64,000 nucleotides of DNA, taken from NCBI GenBank assembly GCA_964488495.1, contig CAZAUQ010000004.1, positions 5,316-69,315 of the forward strand. The letters run 5' to 3'. This document shows positions 10,199 through 21,274 of this stretch, piece by piece. The notes below the pieces were generated by a model. That model was not told where the DNA came from. It did no database searches and worked only from the letters and a program-made list of their open reading frames with translations. Within the stretch, counting starts at the first letter, position 1; each line of letters begins with the position of its first letter. Both the position numbers and the translations under genes were made by a program. Source of the DNA: an uncultured Bacteroidales bacterium (lineage in GTDB: Bacteria; Bacteroidota; Bacteroidia; Bacteroidales; UBA1402).

Positions 10199-10792
10199 AT
10201 GATAGACAAACGATTAATCCTTGGAACTGAACCCAATCCGATTCAGGATGAAATTGCCGGACATTACCTGGAAATTTTACGTTTACTGGGGGAAGACACA
10301 CAACGTGAAGGCTTGTTGAAAACCCCAAAGCGCATAGCCAAAGCCATGCAATTTCTTACTTATGGTTATCACCTGGATCCCGAAGAAGTGTTGAAATCAG
10401 CTAAATTTCATGAGGAATACCGCCAGATGGTCATAGTCAGGGATATCGATTTTTATTCCATGTGCGAACACCATATGTTGCCCTTTTACGGTAAAGCCCA
10501 TGTAGCGTATATTCCCAATCAGTATATTACAGGCTTGAGTAAAATTGCCCGGGTAGTGGATATTTTTTCACGCCGCTTACAGTTACAGGAGCGTATGACT
10601 ACGCAAATTAAAGAATGCATTCAGAGAACCCTTGACCCTCTGGGTGTGATGGTTGTGATTGAGGCACAACATCTTTGTATGCAGATGCGGGGAGTGGAAA
10701 AACAAAACTCTGTCACTATCACTTCCGATTTTACCGGCGTCTTTAATCAGGCAAAGACCAGGCAGGAATTTATGAACCTGATCGAAAAATAA
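10199..10792 (+). CDS. folE: GTP cyclohydrolase I
   Basis: 197 aa with GLLKTPKR, the CEHHMLPF zinc-site motif and the QLQERMT motif. Confidence 0.95.
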   Translation: MIDKRLILGTEPNPIQDEIAGHYLEILRLLGEDTQREGLLKTPKRIAKAMQFLTYGYHLDPEEVLKSAKFHEEYRQMVIVRDIDFYSMCEHHMLPFYGKAHVAYIPNQYITGLSKIARVVDIFSRRLQLQERMTTQIKECIQRTLDPLGVMVVIEAQHLCMQMRGVEKQNSVTITSDFTGVFNQAKTRQEFMNLIEK

Positions 10793-10826
10793 GAGTTTCT
10801 GAAAAACTTTTTTTGAATCTAAGGCC

Positions 10827-11792
10827 ATGAAAAAGAAACATTCTATTTGTGTACTGGACGCTTATACCTGCAACCCCGGAGACTTGTCCTGGGATGCTCT
10901 CCGTGAATACGGAACCTTGCAGGTGTACGATCGCAGCCCCGAAGAAAAAGTTCTTGAGTTCGCTGCCCAGGCCGATATTTTGCTCACCAACAAGGTGGTT
11001 ATTAACAAAGATCTCATTATACAGCTGCCCCGACTCAAGTATATAGGAATTCTGGCAACAGGCTATAACGTAGTTGATATTCATGCAGCCAAAGCCCACA
11101 ACATAGTGGTCACCAATATTCCGGCCTACAGCACCAATTCTGTGGCTCAGATGGTGTTTGCCCATGTGCTCAACATTTGCAATCAGGTACAATATCACGT
11201 GCAGGAAGTTAATAAAGGCCGTTGGTCCGAATGCCGGGATTTTTCTTTTTTCGATAAACCATTGATGGAACTTAAGGGTAAAACAATGGGTATTGTGGGT
11301 TTAGGTAATATTGGAATGACCACCGCCAAATTGGCTTTGGCTTTTGGAATGGAGGTTATTGCACTGACAAGCAAGACCAAAGAAGATTTAACTGACGGCA
11401 TCCGACCGGTCAGCGAAGAGGAAATATTTCGCCAAAGTGACGTGTTAAGCCTGCATTGCCCTCTGACACCCGAAACCAGAAACTTTGTGCGCAAAGAAAA
11501 ACTAGCCTTAATGAAAGCCGGAGCTATATTGGTGAATTTGAGCCGCGGGCCATTGGTTAACGAGCAAGACCTGGCATGGGCCCTTAATAACGACAAACTT
11601 TATGCAGCAGCGGTTGATGTACTATCGAAAGAACCTCCCGGGGACGATAACCCCTTACTGACAGCCAAAAATTGCTATATTACCCCTCATATTGCCTGGG
11701 CAACCAAAGAAGCGCGTGCGCGTTTGATTGCACAGGCAGTCGATAACGTAAGAGCATTTGTGGAAGGTCGTCCGATTAACCAAATCGTTTAG
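10827..11792 (+). CDS. D-2-hydroxyacid dehydrogenase (glycerate dehydrogenase-like)
   Basis: GIVGLGNIG NAD-binding motif, NLSRGPLV and ITPHIAWAT catalytic His region. Confidence 0.85.
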   Translation: MKKKHSICVLDAYTCNPGDLSWDALREYGTLQVYDRSPEEKVLEFAAQADILLTNKVVINKDLIIQLPRLKYIGILATGYNVVDIHAAKAHNIVVTNIPAYSTNSVAQMVFAHVLNICNQVQYHVQEVNKGRWSECRDFSFFDKPLMELKGKTMGIVGLGNIGMTTAKLALAFGMEVIALTSKTKEDLTDGIRPVSEEEIFRQSDVLSLHCPLTPETRNFVRKEKLALMKAGAILVNLSRGPLVNEQDLAWALNNDKLYAAAVDVLSKEPPGDDNPLLTAKNCYITPHIAWATKEARARLIAQAVDNVRAFVEGRPINQIV

Positions 11793-11862
11793 CAAGCGAT
11801 TTAATTCCTGCCTTAAAGACAGGCCGGCAATAAAAAAAACTTTGTCCAGAAGCTAAGACCGG

Positions 11863-11884
11863 CAGCTTTTCAAAGCTGTTTGTT
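11863..11884 (+). terminator. weak candidate terminator hairpin after the dehydrogenase gene
   Basis: CAGCTT-TTCA-AAGCTG 6-bp stem followed by TTTGTT. Short stem and weak T-tract. Confidence 0.3.
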
Positions 11885-11910
11885 ATTCTAAATCCTCTTG
11901 TTTGTTGGAG

Positions 11911-11940
11911 GCCGAATCGTAGTGAGCCGAATCGTAGTGA
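11911..11940. repeat. perfect tandem duplication of a 15-mer (GCCGAATCGTAGTGA x2)
   Basis: Read directly from the sequence. It lies 5 nt beyond the stop of the 7TM-HD gene in the convergent intergenic region. Confidence 0.9.
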
Positions 11941-11945
11941 ATGGC

Positions 11946-13997
11946 CTATTTATCTTCCTCGGGATAGGCTATTCGCGTATGATAAATGCTTATTAGTTTT
12001 TGCTTAAAGACCGATTTAATAATCTCCAATTCCTGGAAGGTGATGGGCACTCTTTTAAAAGCCCCATCCTGAATCTGTCTGTTGATGAGCTTTTCTACCA
12101 GTTCGGAGATGCTACTTTCTGAATATTCTGTTAAACTGTGCGATGCTGCTTCAACGCTGTCGGCCATCATCAGAATGGCTGTTTCTTTGGAAAAGGGATT
12201 CGGCCCGGGATAAAAAAAGGCTTCTTTGGGAGGTTCCTGGCCGGGATGTTCGTTTTTGTAGGTGGTATAGAAATAGCGAGCCGGTCCACTGCCGTGATGA
12301 GTAGTTATGAAGTCTTTCACCACTTTGGGCAGGTGGTATTGATTGGCCAGTTTGAGCCCCTCACTAACATGTTCCACTATTACTTTGGCTGCTTTTTCTG
12401 TTTCCATTTTGTTTAAGGGATTTTGTCCGCCCACCTGGTTTTCGGTAAAATAGTCCGGGTTCTGCATTTTGCCCAGATCGTGATACAAGGCCCCAGTTCT
12501 TACCAGTTGTGCATTGGCGTTAATTTCCTGAGCGGCAGCGGCAGCCAAATTGGAAACTTGCATGGAATGTTGGAAAGTGCCCGGAGAACTCTCCGAAAAT
12601 AAGCGGAGCAAAGGGGAGTTAATGTTGGAAAGCTCCATCAGAGTGACGTTGGAGGTATAACCGAACATCCATTCAAACAAATAAATCAACAGGTAAGTGG
12701 TGAACATTAACACTGAGTTGATGGCAAAAAAGACATACATTTGCCATTGAAGCTGATTGGGCGCTCCCTCTTGAATATAAGCTATGCCGGTGTAAAATAT
12801 GGAATAGCAGATAAATGTCCAAATGATGCATAAAACCAATTGTGAACGCTGAGTGAGCTCTTTGAGCGAAAAGACCACAGCCATACCAACAGTTAGCTGA
12901 AGTATTAAAAATTCAAAAGGAAAAGGAGCAATGACAGAACAGATCAATACAGTGATGGCATGAGTGAAATATGCCGTTCTGGCGCTGAAGAAGGTGCAAA
13001 TCATCACAGGCAGAATGGCATAGGGTATCATGTAGATGTTCAGAGTGCTGTTTCTTACCACCAGGGCAGTCAACAAACTAAGACATGTTATGAGAATCAG
13101 TATAAAGATTATGTTGTGTGTTTTGTTGTAAATCTCCGGAGTAAAATATTTTAAAAAGAGGAACAGCATCAATAAAAGACCGGCTACGCATATAATCTGA
13201 CCGGCCAGTACCCAGTTTTCTGTCGAATTGATATTACGTTCTTCGGCTGCTTTTTTTAGTGAAGACAGTTTTAGAAAAGTGACTGCGTTGACAATTTCGC
13301 CTTTATCTATGATACGTTCTCCGCGCTGGACCAGTCCGGAGGTTTCAGATACTCCGTTTATCAAATTTAGTTTTGATTGTTCTGAAGCTTCCCGATCGTA
13401 ACTGAGATTTTCCCTGAGGTATTCTTCAATCTTACAGATTCTGACCAGGGTATCGCGATGTATACGTGCCGGCAAGTTGCTTAAAATGGCAGAATAGGCT
13501 TCTTTAATTGTAAAAACCGAAGACAGATCGCGGGTTTCAGCCATAGGCTTGGTAATCATCAGCAGTGATTTCAACTCTTCCTTTTGAAATTCGTTCCGGA
13601 CAGAAGCCGAAATAATGCCGGCCCCATAAACCAAGGCGAGTTGATCGTTTAAATAAGTTTTGTAACGTAAGGGAACGGTAGCTCTTAAGTATAAGTCGTA
13701 ATTACGATTGAAATTGCCAATCATCTCTGCCGGGACAGTGGCATCCATTACAACATAAGGTTTGTGTGTCCTTAACAGACTGTCTCTTTCGGCAGTCAGT
13801 TCTTCCTGGTTTTTAATGACAGGAAAACTGTAAGGAGCCGTGAGCAAGCCGTAGCGCCAGGGCTTACCTTCCTGAAACTGATAGCGAAACCTGCCTTCTC
13901 TGGGGAAAGCATAAACAATCAGGCCTGCTGCAACAACGAAAAGGAAAATCTTGAATATTGTAGATGCAGTATTGAGTTTAGGTTTGAATTTTGCCAT
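11946..13997 (-). CDS. 7TM receptor with intracellular HD hydrolase domain (PgpH/YqfF-like, putative cyclic-di-AMP phosphodiesterase)
   Basis: 683 aa. It has an N-terminal signal anchor plus an extracytoplasmic domain, about 7 hydrophobic helices, and a C-terminal HD domain (HSMQVSNL, LYHDLGK, TTHHG). Confidence 0.85.
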   Translation of the reverse strand: MAKFKPKLNTASTIFKIFLFVVAAGLIVYAFPREGRFRYQFQEGKPWRYGLLTAPYSFPVIKNQEELTAERDSLLRTHKPYVVMDATVPAEMIGNFNRNYDLYLRATVPLRYKTYLNDQLALVYGAGIISASVRNEFQKEELKSLLMITKPMAETRDLSSVFTIKEAYSAILSNLPARIHRDTLVRICKIEEYLRENLSYDREASEQSKLNLINGVSETSGLVQRGERIIDKGEIVNAVTFLKLSSLKKAAEERNINSTENWVLAGQIICVAGLLLMLFLFLKYFTPEIYNKTHNIIFILILITCLSLLTALVVRNSTLNIYMIPYAILPVMICTFFSARTAYFTHAITVLICSVIAPFPFEFLILQLTVGMAVVFSLKELTQRSQLVLCIIWTFICYSIFYTGIAYIQEGAPNQLQWQMYVFFAINSVLMFTTYLLIYLFEWMFGYTSNVTLMELSNINSPLLRLFSESSPGTFQHSMQVSNLAAAAAQEINANAQLVRTGALYHDLGKMQNPDYFTENQVGGQNPLNKMETEKAAKVIVEHVSEGLKLANQYHLPKVVKDFITTHHGSGPARYFYTTYKNEHPGQEPPKEAFFYPGPNPFSKETAILMMADSVEAASHSLTEYSESSISELVEKLINRQIQDGAFKRVPITFQELEIIKSVFKQKLISIYHTRIAYPEEDK

Positions 13998-14101
13998 AGC
14001 ATTTAATCTAAGTTTTGGGCCTGAAGCCTGTAAACACAGGCGAAAAGTACAAAAAAAACCCTTGACGACAATAAGGAAAGCCTAATTATAAAAATATCTT
14101 G

Positions 14102-14109
14102 TACTTTTG
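14102..14109 (+). promoter_or_regulatory. candidate -7 promoter box (TACTTTTG) for gltX
   Basis: TAnnTTTG match 20 nt upstream of the gltX ATG. Confidence 0.35.
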
Positions 14110-14129
14110 GGGCTCAAAATGTTTATGTT

Positions 14130-15653
14130 ATGTCTGAATTAAATATTGTTCGTGTCCGTTTTGCCCCCAGTCCCACCGGTCCCCTGCACATAGGAGGTGT
14201 AAGAACCGCTCTTTATAATTTTTTATTTGCCAGGCATTCCGGCGGTACCATGATTTTACGTATAGAAGATACCGACAGTAAACGTTATGTGCCCGGAGCC
14301 GAAGAATACATTGTGAAAGCTTTGCAATGGCTGCACATCCAAGTCGATGAAGGTGTTTCGCGGGGAGGCCCCTATGGCCCTTATCGCCAGTCGGAACGGA
14401 AAGAAATTTACAAAAAATACGTGAATCAGTTACTGGAACAAGGCAAAGCCTATCTGGCTTTTGATTCTCCTGAACAACTCGAGGCAAGACGAGCAGATAA
14501 CCCAAATTTTCAATACGATGCTTCAAGCCGGCTCAGTATGATCAACTCTCTGACTTTATCTGCTGCTGAAGTCGACGAAAGATTGCGCGGAGGCGAAGAT
14601 TATACCGTTCGTTTCAAGATAGAACCCCATCGCAGTATCGAGGTGCAGGATATGATCAGAGGAACGGTGGTTTTTAATTCGAGTGTTTTGGACGACAAGG
14701 TTTTATATAAGTCAGCCGATCAATTGCCTACCTATCACCTGGCCAATGTGGTGGACGATCATTTGATGGAAATCAGTCACGTGATCCGGGGAGAAGAATG
14801 GTTGCCCTCCACTCCTTTGCATGTCTTGTTGTACGAAGCCTTTGGCTGGGACAAACAAATGCCTCTCTTTGCTCATTTGCCCTTGTTGCTTAAGCCTGAT
14901 GGTAAAGGAAAACTTAGCAAACGCGACGGCGACCGACTGAATTTTCCTGTTTTTCCCCTCGACTGGAAAGACCCGCAAAGCGGAGAATTCAGTAAAGGTT
15001 ATCGCGAAGCCGGTTATTTTCCCCAGGCAGTCATCAATTTTCTGGCTTTACTTGGCTGGAATCCTGGAGACGACAGAGAAATGTTTTCTATGGACCAACT
15101 GATAGAAGCCTTTACCATAGAACGTTGCAACAAAAGCGGAGCAAAATTCGATTACGAAAAAGCTCGCTGGTTCAACCATCAATATATGCAAGAGCTGGAC
15201 AACAGCACTTTGGCAAAGATGTTGTTACCCTTATTGGAAGCAAAAGGATACAAACCGACTCCTGTTTTTGTCGAAGCTATATTGGTCCATATTAAGGAAA
15301 GAATGTTTTTTGTGAAGGATTTTTGGGATCAGGCCGCTTATTTTTTTGTTGCACCAGAACAATACGATGCCAAAACAGTGGCCAAACGCTGGAAACCCGA
15401 ATCAGCGGCTCAACTGACAGAATTAGGTGAATTGCTCGAAACCCTAAGCGATTATTCCGATGCAGAAGCCTTGGAACAGGAAGTAAAAACGTGGATAGAG
15501 CAAAAATCATATAATATGGGTTTGATTATGAATGCCTTTCGTCTGACTCTGGTGGGCGAAGGCAAGGGGCCCCGCATGTTTGATATTGTTTGCTTGCTCG
15601 GTAAAGAAGAAACGCTGCAGCGTTTGCGTAAAGCCATAAAAACGCTGGGATAA
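14130..15653 (+). CDS. gltX: glutamate--tRNA ligase
   Basis: 507 aa with the HIGH-type motif [11 protein letters not shown] and the KMSKS-type motif KLSKRDG. Confidence 0.95.
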   Translation: MSELNIVRVRFAPSPTGPLHIGGVRTALYNFLFARHSGGTMILRIEDTDSKRYVPGAEEYIVKALQWLHIQVDEGVSRGGPYGPYRQSERKEIYKKYVNQLLEQGKAYLAFDSPEQLEARRADNPNFQYDASSRLSMINSLTLSAAEVDERLRGGEDYTVRFKIEPHRSIEVQDMIRGTVVFNSSVLDDKVLYKSADQLPTYHLANVVDDHLMEISHVIRGEEWLPSTPLHVLLYEAFGWDKQMPLFAHLPLLLKPDGKGKLSKRDGDRLNFPVFPLDWKDPQSGEFSKGYREAGYFPQAVINFLALLGWNPGDDREMFSMDQLIEAFTIERCNKSGAKFDYEKARWFNHQYMQELDNSTLAKMLLPLLEAKGYKPTPVFVEAILVHIKERMFFVKDFWDQAAYFFVAPEQYDAKTVAKRWKPESAAQLTELGELLETLSDYSDAEALEQEVKTWIEQKSYNMGLIMNAFRLTLVGEGKGPRMFDIVCLLGKEETLQRLRKAIKTLG

Positions 15654-15683
15654 TATTATCTGTTGTCTATTAATCTTTTTATT

Positions 15684-16916
15684 ATGTATCGTCTCTTTTT
15701 TTCGGTTTATGTGGCTTTGTTCCATATAGTTGCCCTCTTTCATAAAAAAGCCGGGAAAATAGTCAAAGGACAGCGAAACAGCTGGAAGATTCTGAAAAAC
15801 CTGAAACCCGAAAAGAACTATCTTTGGTTTCATGCTTCTTCACTGGGAGAATTTGAACAAGGACGCCCGCTAATGGAGGCTATTGTCCGCACATACCCTC
15901 AATACTCCATCTTGTTGACTTTTTATTCTCCCTCGGGCTTTGAGGTTCAAAAAAACTATAAAGGAGCCGATGTGGTTTGTTATCTGCCTTTTGATATGAT
16001 GTGCAACGTCAGACGCTTTATCGAATTGGTACAACCCAAAGCTGCCTTTTTTATCAAGTATGAATTCTGGCCCAATTATCTGAAAGAGTTAAATAAAAAG
16101 GCAATTCCTGTTTACCTTGTTTCTGGTGTGTTTCGTAAGAACCAGTTGTTTTTTAAGCCCTGGGGTGGATTTTATCGCAGACTGCTCAGGTACTTCAGTG
16201 CTTTCTTTGTTCAAAACGAAGCTTCAAAGGCTTTACTGAACTCCGTTGGTATCAACAACAAGGTCTTCATCACCGGCGACACCCGCTGCGACCGTGTTAT
16301 GGATATTGCTGCTCAGGCACCCGAACAGGAACTGATCAAAGATTTTGCCCGCGATGCCATGGTCTTGGTTGCCGGCAGCACCTGGCCCGAAGACGAAGAA
16401 ATACTAATTCCCTATGTGAATGCACAGACGGAATGGAAACTTATCATTGCTCCTCATGAGATTGACGAGAACCACCTCAGGGAGATTGAAAAGCTCCTGA
16501 ATCGGCCCTTTGTTCGCTATTCCGCGATGAAAGCCGAAGACTCAGATAGGGTTGAATGCATCATTATTGACAGCTTCGGATTATTGTCTTCGGTTTATAG
16601 TTACGGACAGACGGCCTATATAGGAGGCGGTTTTGGAGCCGGCATACACAACATTCTGGAAGCTGCCGTTTATGGTATCCCGGTTTTATTCGGCCCCAAT
16701 CATGCCAAATTCGAAGAAGCGCAAGCTTTAATCAAGGCAGGAGCGGCCTTTTGTGTGAATTCCCAAAACGATTTGGAAGATGACCTGGATAAATTTCTGG
16801 CCAGCAACAAAGCTCTGGCTCAAGCCGGAGAAAAGGCCCGGGCTTATGTGAAAGAAAAATCGGGAGGCACAGCCAAAATACTGGATGTCTTGAAGGCTAA
16901 GCTGTTTAATGCTTGA
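15684..16916 (+). CDS. waaA: 3-deoxy-D-manno-octulosonic acid (Kdo) transferase
   Basis: WFHASSLGEFEQGRPL motif and GT30-like C-terminal half (GGGFGAGIHNILEAAVYGIPV). The track start is a TTG at 15663; I prefer the ATG at 15684. Confidence 0.9.
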   Translation: MYRLFFSVYVALFHIVALFHKKAGKIVKGQRNSWKILKNLKPEKNYLWFHASSLGEFEQGRPLMEAIVRTYPQYSILLTFYSPSGFEVQKNYKGADVVCYLPFDMMCNVRRFIELVQPKAAFFIKYEFWPNYLKELNKKAIPVYLVSGVFRKNQLFFKPWGGFYRRLLRYFSAFFVQNEASKALLNSVGINNKVFITGDTRCDRVMDIAAQAPEQELIKDFARDAMVLVAGSTWPEDEEILIPYVNAQTEWKLIIAPHEIDENHLREIEKLLNRPFVRYSAMKAEDSDRVECIIIDSFGLLSSVYSYGQTAYIGGGFGAGIHNILEAAVYGIPVLFGPNHAKFEEAQALIKAGAAFCVNSQNDLEDDLDKFLASNKALAQAGEKARAYVKEKSGGTAKILDVLKAKLFNA

Positions 16917-18443
16917 CTACTTCTTGAACCTGAAGCGATTCATCATGTTTCTTAAAAGCGTATTGGCGTCTTCGGAGATTCTCCAGATATAAGTGAGCAA
17001 AATACCAGAACCAAGCAGAATGGAGCTTTTAATGATGGCATCAAGCACTTGAATATAAATCTCCTTTAGAGGCAATTTCAAAAACAAGGGAGTCAGGAAG
17101 CTTTTCCATAACCAATCGCAAAAGAACAACAACAAAACCAATAAGACAACCTGAGCTTGTTTCCATGAAAAAATGGAAATTTGTGTCTTCCAGCCCACTA
17201 AACCAAGCAGCAATAAATAAAAAATCAGATACGATAACAAAGAAGCAATAGCAGCCCCGTTAATACCCCAGAGTGGTATTAATGAATTGTTGAGAATAAT
17301 TGCGCTTGCTGTCAAAATAAAAGTAAAGATGAGTGACATGTAATAAAACTTTGAGTAGCGTAACACGATATCACCCACATTAAAAACAGAATTCAACAAT
17401 CGACTCAGGCCAAGAATAAAGACCACCCATTTCCCCGCCACATAAATTTCCCCATTTGGTAAAAGATTGAAAATCAAGTCGATATTAATCCAAATAGCCA
17501 AAAAGATAAAAAAGCCTCCCAGTAGCTGATGCAAAGAAATACTCTTACATAAGGTGTTTGCTCTTGAAAAATCTTGTTCTTTAATAGCCTGAGAAATATG
17601 CGGCCCCGAAATGGTTCCCAGCGATCTGTAAGGAATTTCAATCATTGAAGCCATGTAGCCGGCAATAGCGAAAACGGCAGTGTGATTCAGTCCCATTTTG
17701 GCGCTGATAAAAAAAGTGTTGATGCTGGGTGCAATAACACCTCCCAAAGCTGCTGCGATTAAAAAAAAGGTATACAGGAAATAATCCTTTACCAGGGATT
17801 TCTTTAGAAATTTAAAATCAGGCTTGAGAGAGATTTTTTTGAGGCTGAATATATAAATGATGTTTAATATCGTTGCAATACCGTATACTGAGCTGAAAGC
17901 AATAACAAAACCATCCAAACTGATGAGATCGAAGGCATAAAGGAGATAGGTGACCAAGGTCAATACTCTGACCACTATTTCCCGGATAAATTTAGGCACT
18001 ACAATTCTGAGCAGTAAATTTGAATTTACCTCAAAAACAGACATGTAAAGCAAAAAGAAGCCTACAGGAAATACAAAGTCATAGTAATCAACAAATAAAG
18101 AGGAGTTTTCGGCAAAGATTCCCGAAATGGGCTCTTTGAGTAACCAAAATAATATACTATAGATTAAGAAGCCTATAAAAGGGACAACCAGGGTCCAAAA
18201 GAAGAAACCATGATCTTTGTCTCCTTCTTTGAAATAGGGGTAATAACGTATGGCCGATGAAGTTGTGCCTAATTGAGCCAGGCCTGCAAATACAGTGGCG
18301 GCGTCGACCAGAACACGTGTCAATCCGATTTCTTCGGCAGTAAGGTAATTGGTCAGCACAAAAAATGTGGTGATAAAGCCAATACCTATCCCCACATAAC
18401 TCACTGCAGTTCCTTTGACACTTTGTCGGATGATGATGCCCAT
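16917..18443 (-). CDS. oligosaccharide/polysaccharide flippase (Wzx-like, MOP superfamily)
   Basis: 508 aa and highly hydrophobic, with about 12-14 helices. The N-terminus is typical of polysaccharide biosynthesis proteins (SVKGTAVSYVGIGIGF...AIRYYPYF). Its stop abuts the waaA stop with zero gap. Confidence 0.8.
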   Translation of the reverse strand: MGIIIRQSVKGTAVSYVGIGIGFITTFFVLTNYLTAEEIGLTRVLVDAATVFAGLAQLGTTSSAIRYYPYFKEGDKDHGFFFWTLVVPFIGFLIYSILFWLLKEPISGIFAENSSLFVDYYDFVFPVGFFLLYMSVFEVNSNLLLRIVVPKFIREIVVRVLTLVTYLLYAFDLISLDGFVIAFSSVYGIATILNIIYIFSLKKISLKPDFKFLKKSLVKDYFLYTFFLIAAALGGVIAPSINTFFISAKMGLNHTAVFAIAGYMASMIEIPYRSLGTISGPHISQAIKEQDFSRANTLCKSISLHQLLGGFFIFLAIWINIDLIFNLLPNGEIYVAGKWVVFILGLSRLLNSVFNVGDIVLRYSKFYYMSLIFTFILTASAIILNNSLIPLWGINGAAIASLLSYLIFYLLLLGLVGWKTQISIFSWKQAQVVLLVLLLFFCDWLWKSFLTPLFLKLPLKEIYIQVLDAIIKSSILLGSGILLTYIWRISEDANTLLRNMMNRFRFKK

Positions 18444-18512
18444 AAATGCTCAATGAATCAGCAGCGAATTTACGTATTTTAGGCGAATAAACGCAACGTA
18501 CGTTTTTTTTTC

Positions 18513-18520
18513 TATTTTTG
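18513..18520 (+). promoter_or_regulatory. candidate -7 promoter box (TATTTTTG) for the GT2/UXS pair
   Basis: TAnnTTTG match 25 nt upstream of the ATG at 18545, preceded by a T9 run. Confidence 0.35.
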
Positions 18521-18544
18521 TGGAACTTATGCACCTTTGTATTC

Positions 18545-19534
18545 ATGAATAAAGAATTGCAGTTTTCCATCGTAGTTCCGGTTTACAACAGACCTGGCGA
18601 AATTGGAGAACTCCTCGAAAGTTTGTGCGCTCAGACAGATCCCGGTTTCGAAGTCCTGATAGTAGAAGACGGATCTACGCTCAGCTGTGAAGAGCTATGC
18701 CGGCAATACAGCCAAAAACTGCAACTTAACTATCTGTTCAAGCCCAATTCGGGCCGAAGCGACAGCCGGAACTACGGTATGGAGAGAGCCCGGGGCAATT
18801 ATTTTTTAATTTTCGACTCCGATTGCATCTTACCTCCTGCATATATACAAAAAGTCAGAACGCATTTGCAGGAGCATTACCTGGATTGCTTCGGAGGGCC
18901 CGACTCTGCGGCCGGCGACTTTACTAATATGCAAAAGGCCATCAATTACGCGATGACTTCCTATTTAACTACCGGCGGAATACGCGGAGGCGGCAAAAAC
19001 AAGGCTTCTTTTACGCCTCGCTCCTTTAACATGGGGATTTCAAAAGAAGTATTCCTGCAGGTGGGCGGTTATAAAAACATAGTAGGAGAAGACATTGATC
19101 TGAGTATTCGAATCAGGAAAGCCGGTTTTAGTACAGGTTTGCTTTCGGATGCATATGTATATCATAAACGCAGAATAGATTTAAAACGCTTTTACAGACA
19201 GGTAAATACTTTTGGGAAAGGCCGTGTGCTCATTTCCCGCATGCATCCGGGCACGATGAAATTTCTTCATCTGCTGCCTCTTTTTTTTGTGCTGGGCCAT
19301 ATCGTGTTGCTCATATTAAGCCTGGTATTTTTGAATCTCTGTTTTTTGTTGCCTTTGCCCGTCTATATGCTGGCACTGTTTCTGGATTCCCTGTTCAGAA
19401 ACGGGCACGCAGGGATAGCTCTGCTTTCGGTGCCGGCTGCCTACATTCAATTGTTTGGCTACGGAATGGGGCTCGGCAACGAACTTTTAACAAAAAAAGC
19501 ATATACATCAACACAAGAAGAATTGTATAAATAA
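18545..19534 (+). CDS. glycosyltransferase family 2 with C-terminal transmembrane helices
   Basis: [14 protein letters not shown]...VEDGS...FDSDC GT-A signature, with two or three hydrophobic helices at the C-terminus. I trimmed the start to the ATG at 18545. Confidence 0.85.
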   Translation: MNKELQFSIVVPVYNRPGEIGELLESLCAQTDPGFEVLIVEDGSTLSCEELCRQYSQKLQLNYLFKPNSGRSDSRNYGMERARGNYFLIFDSDCILPPAYIQKVRTHLQEHYLDCFGGPDSAAGDFTNMQKAINYAMTSYLTTGGIRGGGKNKASFTPRSFNMGISKEVFLQVGGYKNIVGEDIDLSIRIRKAGFSTGLLSDAYVYHKRRIDLKRFYRQVNTFGKGRVLISRMHPGTMKFLHLLPLFFVLGHIVLLILSLVFLNLCFLLPLPVYMLALFLDSLFRNGHAGIALLSVPAAYIQLFGYGMGLGNELLTKKAYTSTQEELYK

Positions 19535-19541
19535 ATACATT

Positions 19542-20477
19542 ATGAAAAGAATATTGGTAACCGGTGGAGCCGGATTTTTAGGTTCTCATCTTTGTGATCA
19601 ATTATTGGCCCGTGGTAACGATGTCATCTGCCTGGATAACTATTTTACCGGATCCAAGCAAAATGTAATCCATTTGCTGGGCAATCCCTATTTTGAATTG
19701 TTACGGCACGACATCACCAAACCTGTGTATGTGGAAGTAGATGAAGTCTACAATCTGGCTTGTCCCGCTTCGCCAATACATTATCAGTATGACGCCATCA
19801 AAACAGTACAAACCTCTGTGATGGGAGCCATCAATATGCTGGGTTTGGCCAAACGAACCAAGGCAAAAGTTTTGCAGGCATCCACCAGCGAAGTATACGG
19901 AGATCCCTTTGTGCATCCGCAACCCGAAGAATATTGGGGTAACGTCAATCCTATTGGTATCCGTTCCTGTTACGACGAAGGTAAACGTTGTGCCGAAACT
20001 TTATTTTTTGACTATTACAGACAAAACAAAGTCAAAATCAAGGTGGTCAGGATCTTCAATACCTATGGGCCCAGAATGCACCCCAACGACGGCAGGGTGG
20101 TTTCCAATTTCATTGTGCAAGCCCTCAAAGGACAGGACATTACCATTTACGGAGACGGTATGCAAACCCGCAGTTTTTGTTATTGCGACGATTTGGTAGC
20201 CGGCCTGATAGCCATGATGAACACAGATGATTCCGTAACCGGGCCCATTAATCTGGGTAATCCTTCGGAATTTACCATTAAGCAGCTGGCTGAACTGGTG
20301 ATAGAATTAACCGGCACCAAGTCGGGTATTGTTTACAAGCCTGCTGTTTCGGACGATCCTATGCAGCGTAAACCTGTCATTGACAAAGCAAAGCAGATTC
20401 TCAACTGGGAACCACGCATTCAACTCAGGGAAGGCTTGATGCGCACCATTGAATATTTCGATTCAATTATAAAATAA
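19542..20477 (+). CDS. UDP-glucuronate decarboxylase (UDP-xylose synthase)
   Basis: 311 aa with [19 protein letters not shown] and the YDEGKR Y-x3-K motif. The overall pattern matches UXS-type short-chain dehydrogenases. Confidence 0.9.
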   Translation: MKRILVTGGAGFLGSHLCDQLLARGNDVICLDNYFTGSKQNVIHLLGNPYFELLRHDITKPVYVEVDEVYNLACPASPIHYQYDAIKTVQTSVMGAINMLGLAKRTKAKVLQASTSEVYGDPFVHPQPEEYWGNVNPIGIRSCYDEGKRCAETLFFDYYRQNKVKIKVVRIFNTYGPRMHPNDGRVVSNFIVQALKGQDITIYGDGMQTRSFCYCDDLVAGLIAMMNTDDSVTGPINLGNPSEFTIKQLAELVIELTGTKSGIVYKPAVSDDPMQRKPVIDKAKQILNWEPRIQLREGLMRTIEYFDSIIK

Positions 20478-20490
20478 ACCCGCCGGAAAG

Positions 20491-21273
20491 TTATAAGGAT
20501 GGAAGTGGTTTTTCGCAACGATAAATAATTTCCTCCCCTGTTCTGGCGAGACGTTGCCGTTCTCTCTGTTGCGGGCTTAATTCATAGTAAAGTCGGTCTT
20601 CTGTAACCAGAAAGCCGGCTTTTCTTAGTATTTCGGGATAATCTTTTCCAAACTGGCGAACGTGGTCATATTGCCCATAAAGGAGCTGGCGTTCCTTGGG
20701 GTCAGTTACGGAAGGATCACCAAAGGTATCAACGTTCATATTGAGAGGAACCAGCAAAATGGCCCAGCCCCCGGGTTTCAGCACTCTTTTGATTTCGGCA
20801 AGAGCCTTGTCCAGATCGGGCACATGCTCCAGGACATGATTACATAGCAAGACATCATAGCTGTTGTCGGGCAAGGCGATATCGCAGAGATCCAACTTGA
20901 GATCTGCAATGGGAGAATCCAGGTCGGCAGTCGTATAGTCAGGATTTTTCAAGGCCTTGAAGCGTTTCAGAAAGGGTTGTTCGGGCGCAAAATGCAAAAC
21001 CTTCAGTTTAGCTTCGAAAAAAGGAGTTTTATGCTTGAGGTAAAGCCACAAAAGACGATGTCTTTCGAGGGATAAACACTTCGGACAAAGACGATTGTCG
21101 GCACTATCTCCGTAACCGTAGGGTAAAAATTTCCTGAAACGGCTTTCACAAACAGGGCATTCCACCTTGTTCCCTACATAAAAAGGTCTGATTAAAAAGC
21201 TGAATATGTAGCTGAAGCGAATCAGCCATTGCCGGGGTATGTGAGCCGTAAAAAAACCTATTATTTTTTTCAT
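20491..21273 (-). CDS. class I SAM-dependent methyltransferase with N-terminal zinc ribbon
   Basis: CPVC...CPKC ribbon followed by a VLHFAPE...LCNHVLEHV...LKPGGWAILLVP methyltransferase fold. The track ORF (to 21570) overlaps the upstream GT2; I trimmed it to the ATG at 21273. Confidence 0.8.
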   Translation of the reverse strand: MKKIIGFFTAHIPRQWLIRFSYIFSFLIRPFYVGNKVECPVCESRFRKFLPYGYGDSADNRLCPKCLSLERHRLLWLYLKHKTPFFEAKLKVLHFAPEQPFLKRFKALKNPDYTTADLDSPIADLKLDLCDIALPDNSYDVLLCNHVLEHVPDLDKALAEIKRVLKPGGWAILLVPLNMNVDTFGDPSVTDPKERQLLYGQYDHVRQFGKDYPEILRKAGFLVTEDRLYYELSPQQRERQRLARTGEEIIYRCEKPLPSL

Positions 21274-21274
21274 G

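Noticed and set aside
21264-21270. Homopolymer tracts as slipped-strand phase-variation switches: A7 right after the start codon of the terminal methyltransferase, T9 at 18503-18511 in the flippase/GT2 divergent promoter region, and A9 at 25697-25705.
   Set aside because: The tracts are short (7-9 nt) and occur in AT-rich DNA where such runs are expected by chance. There is no evidence of length variation from a single sequence.
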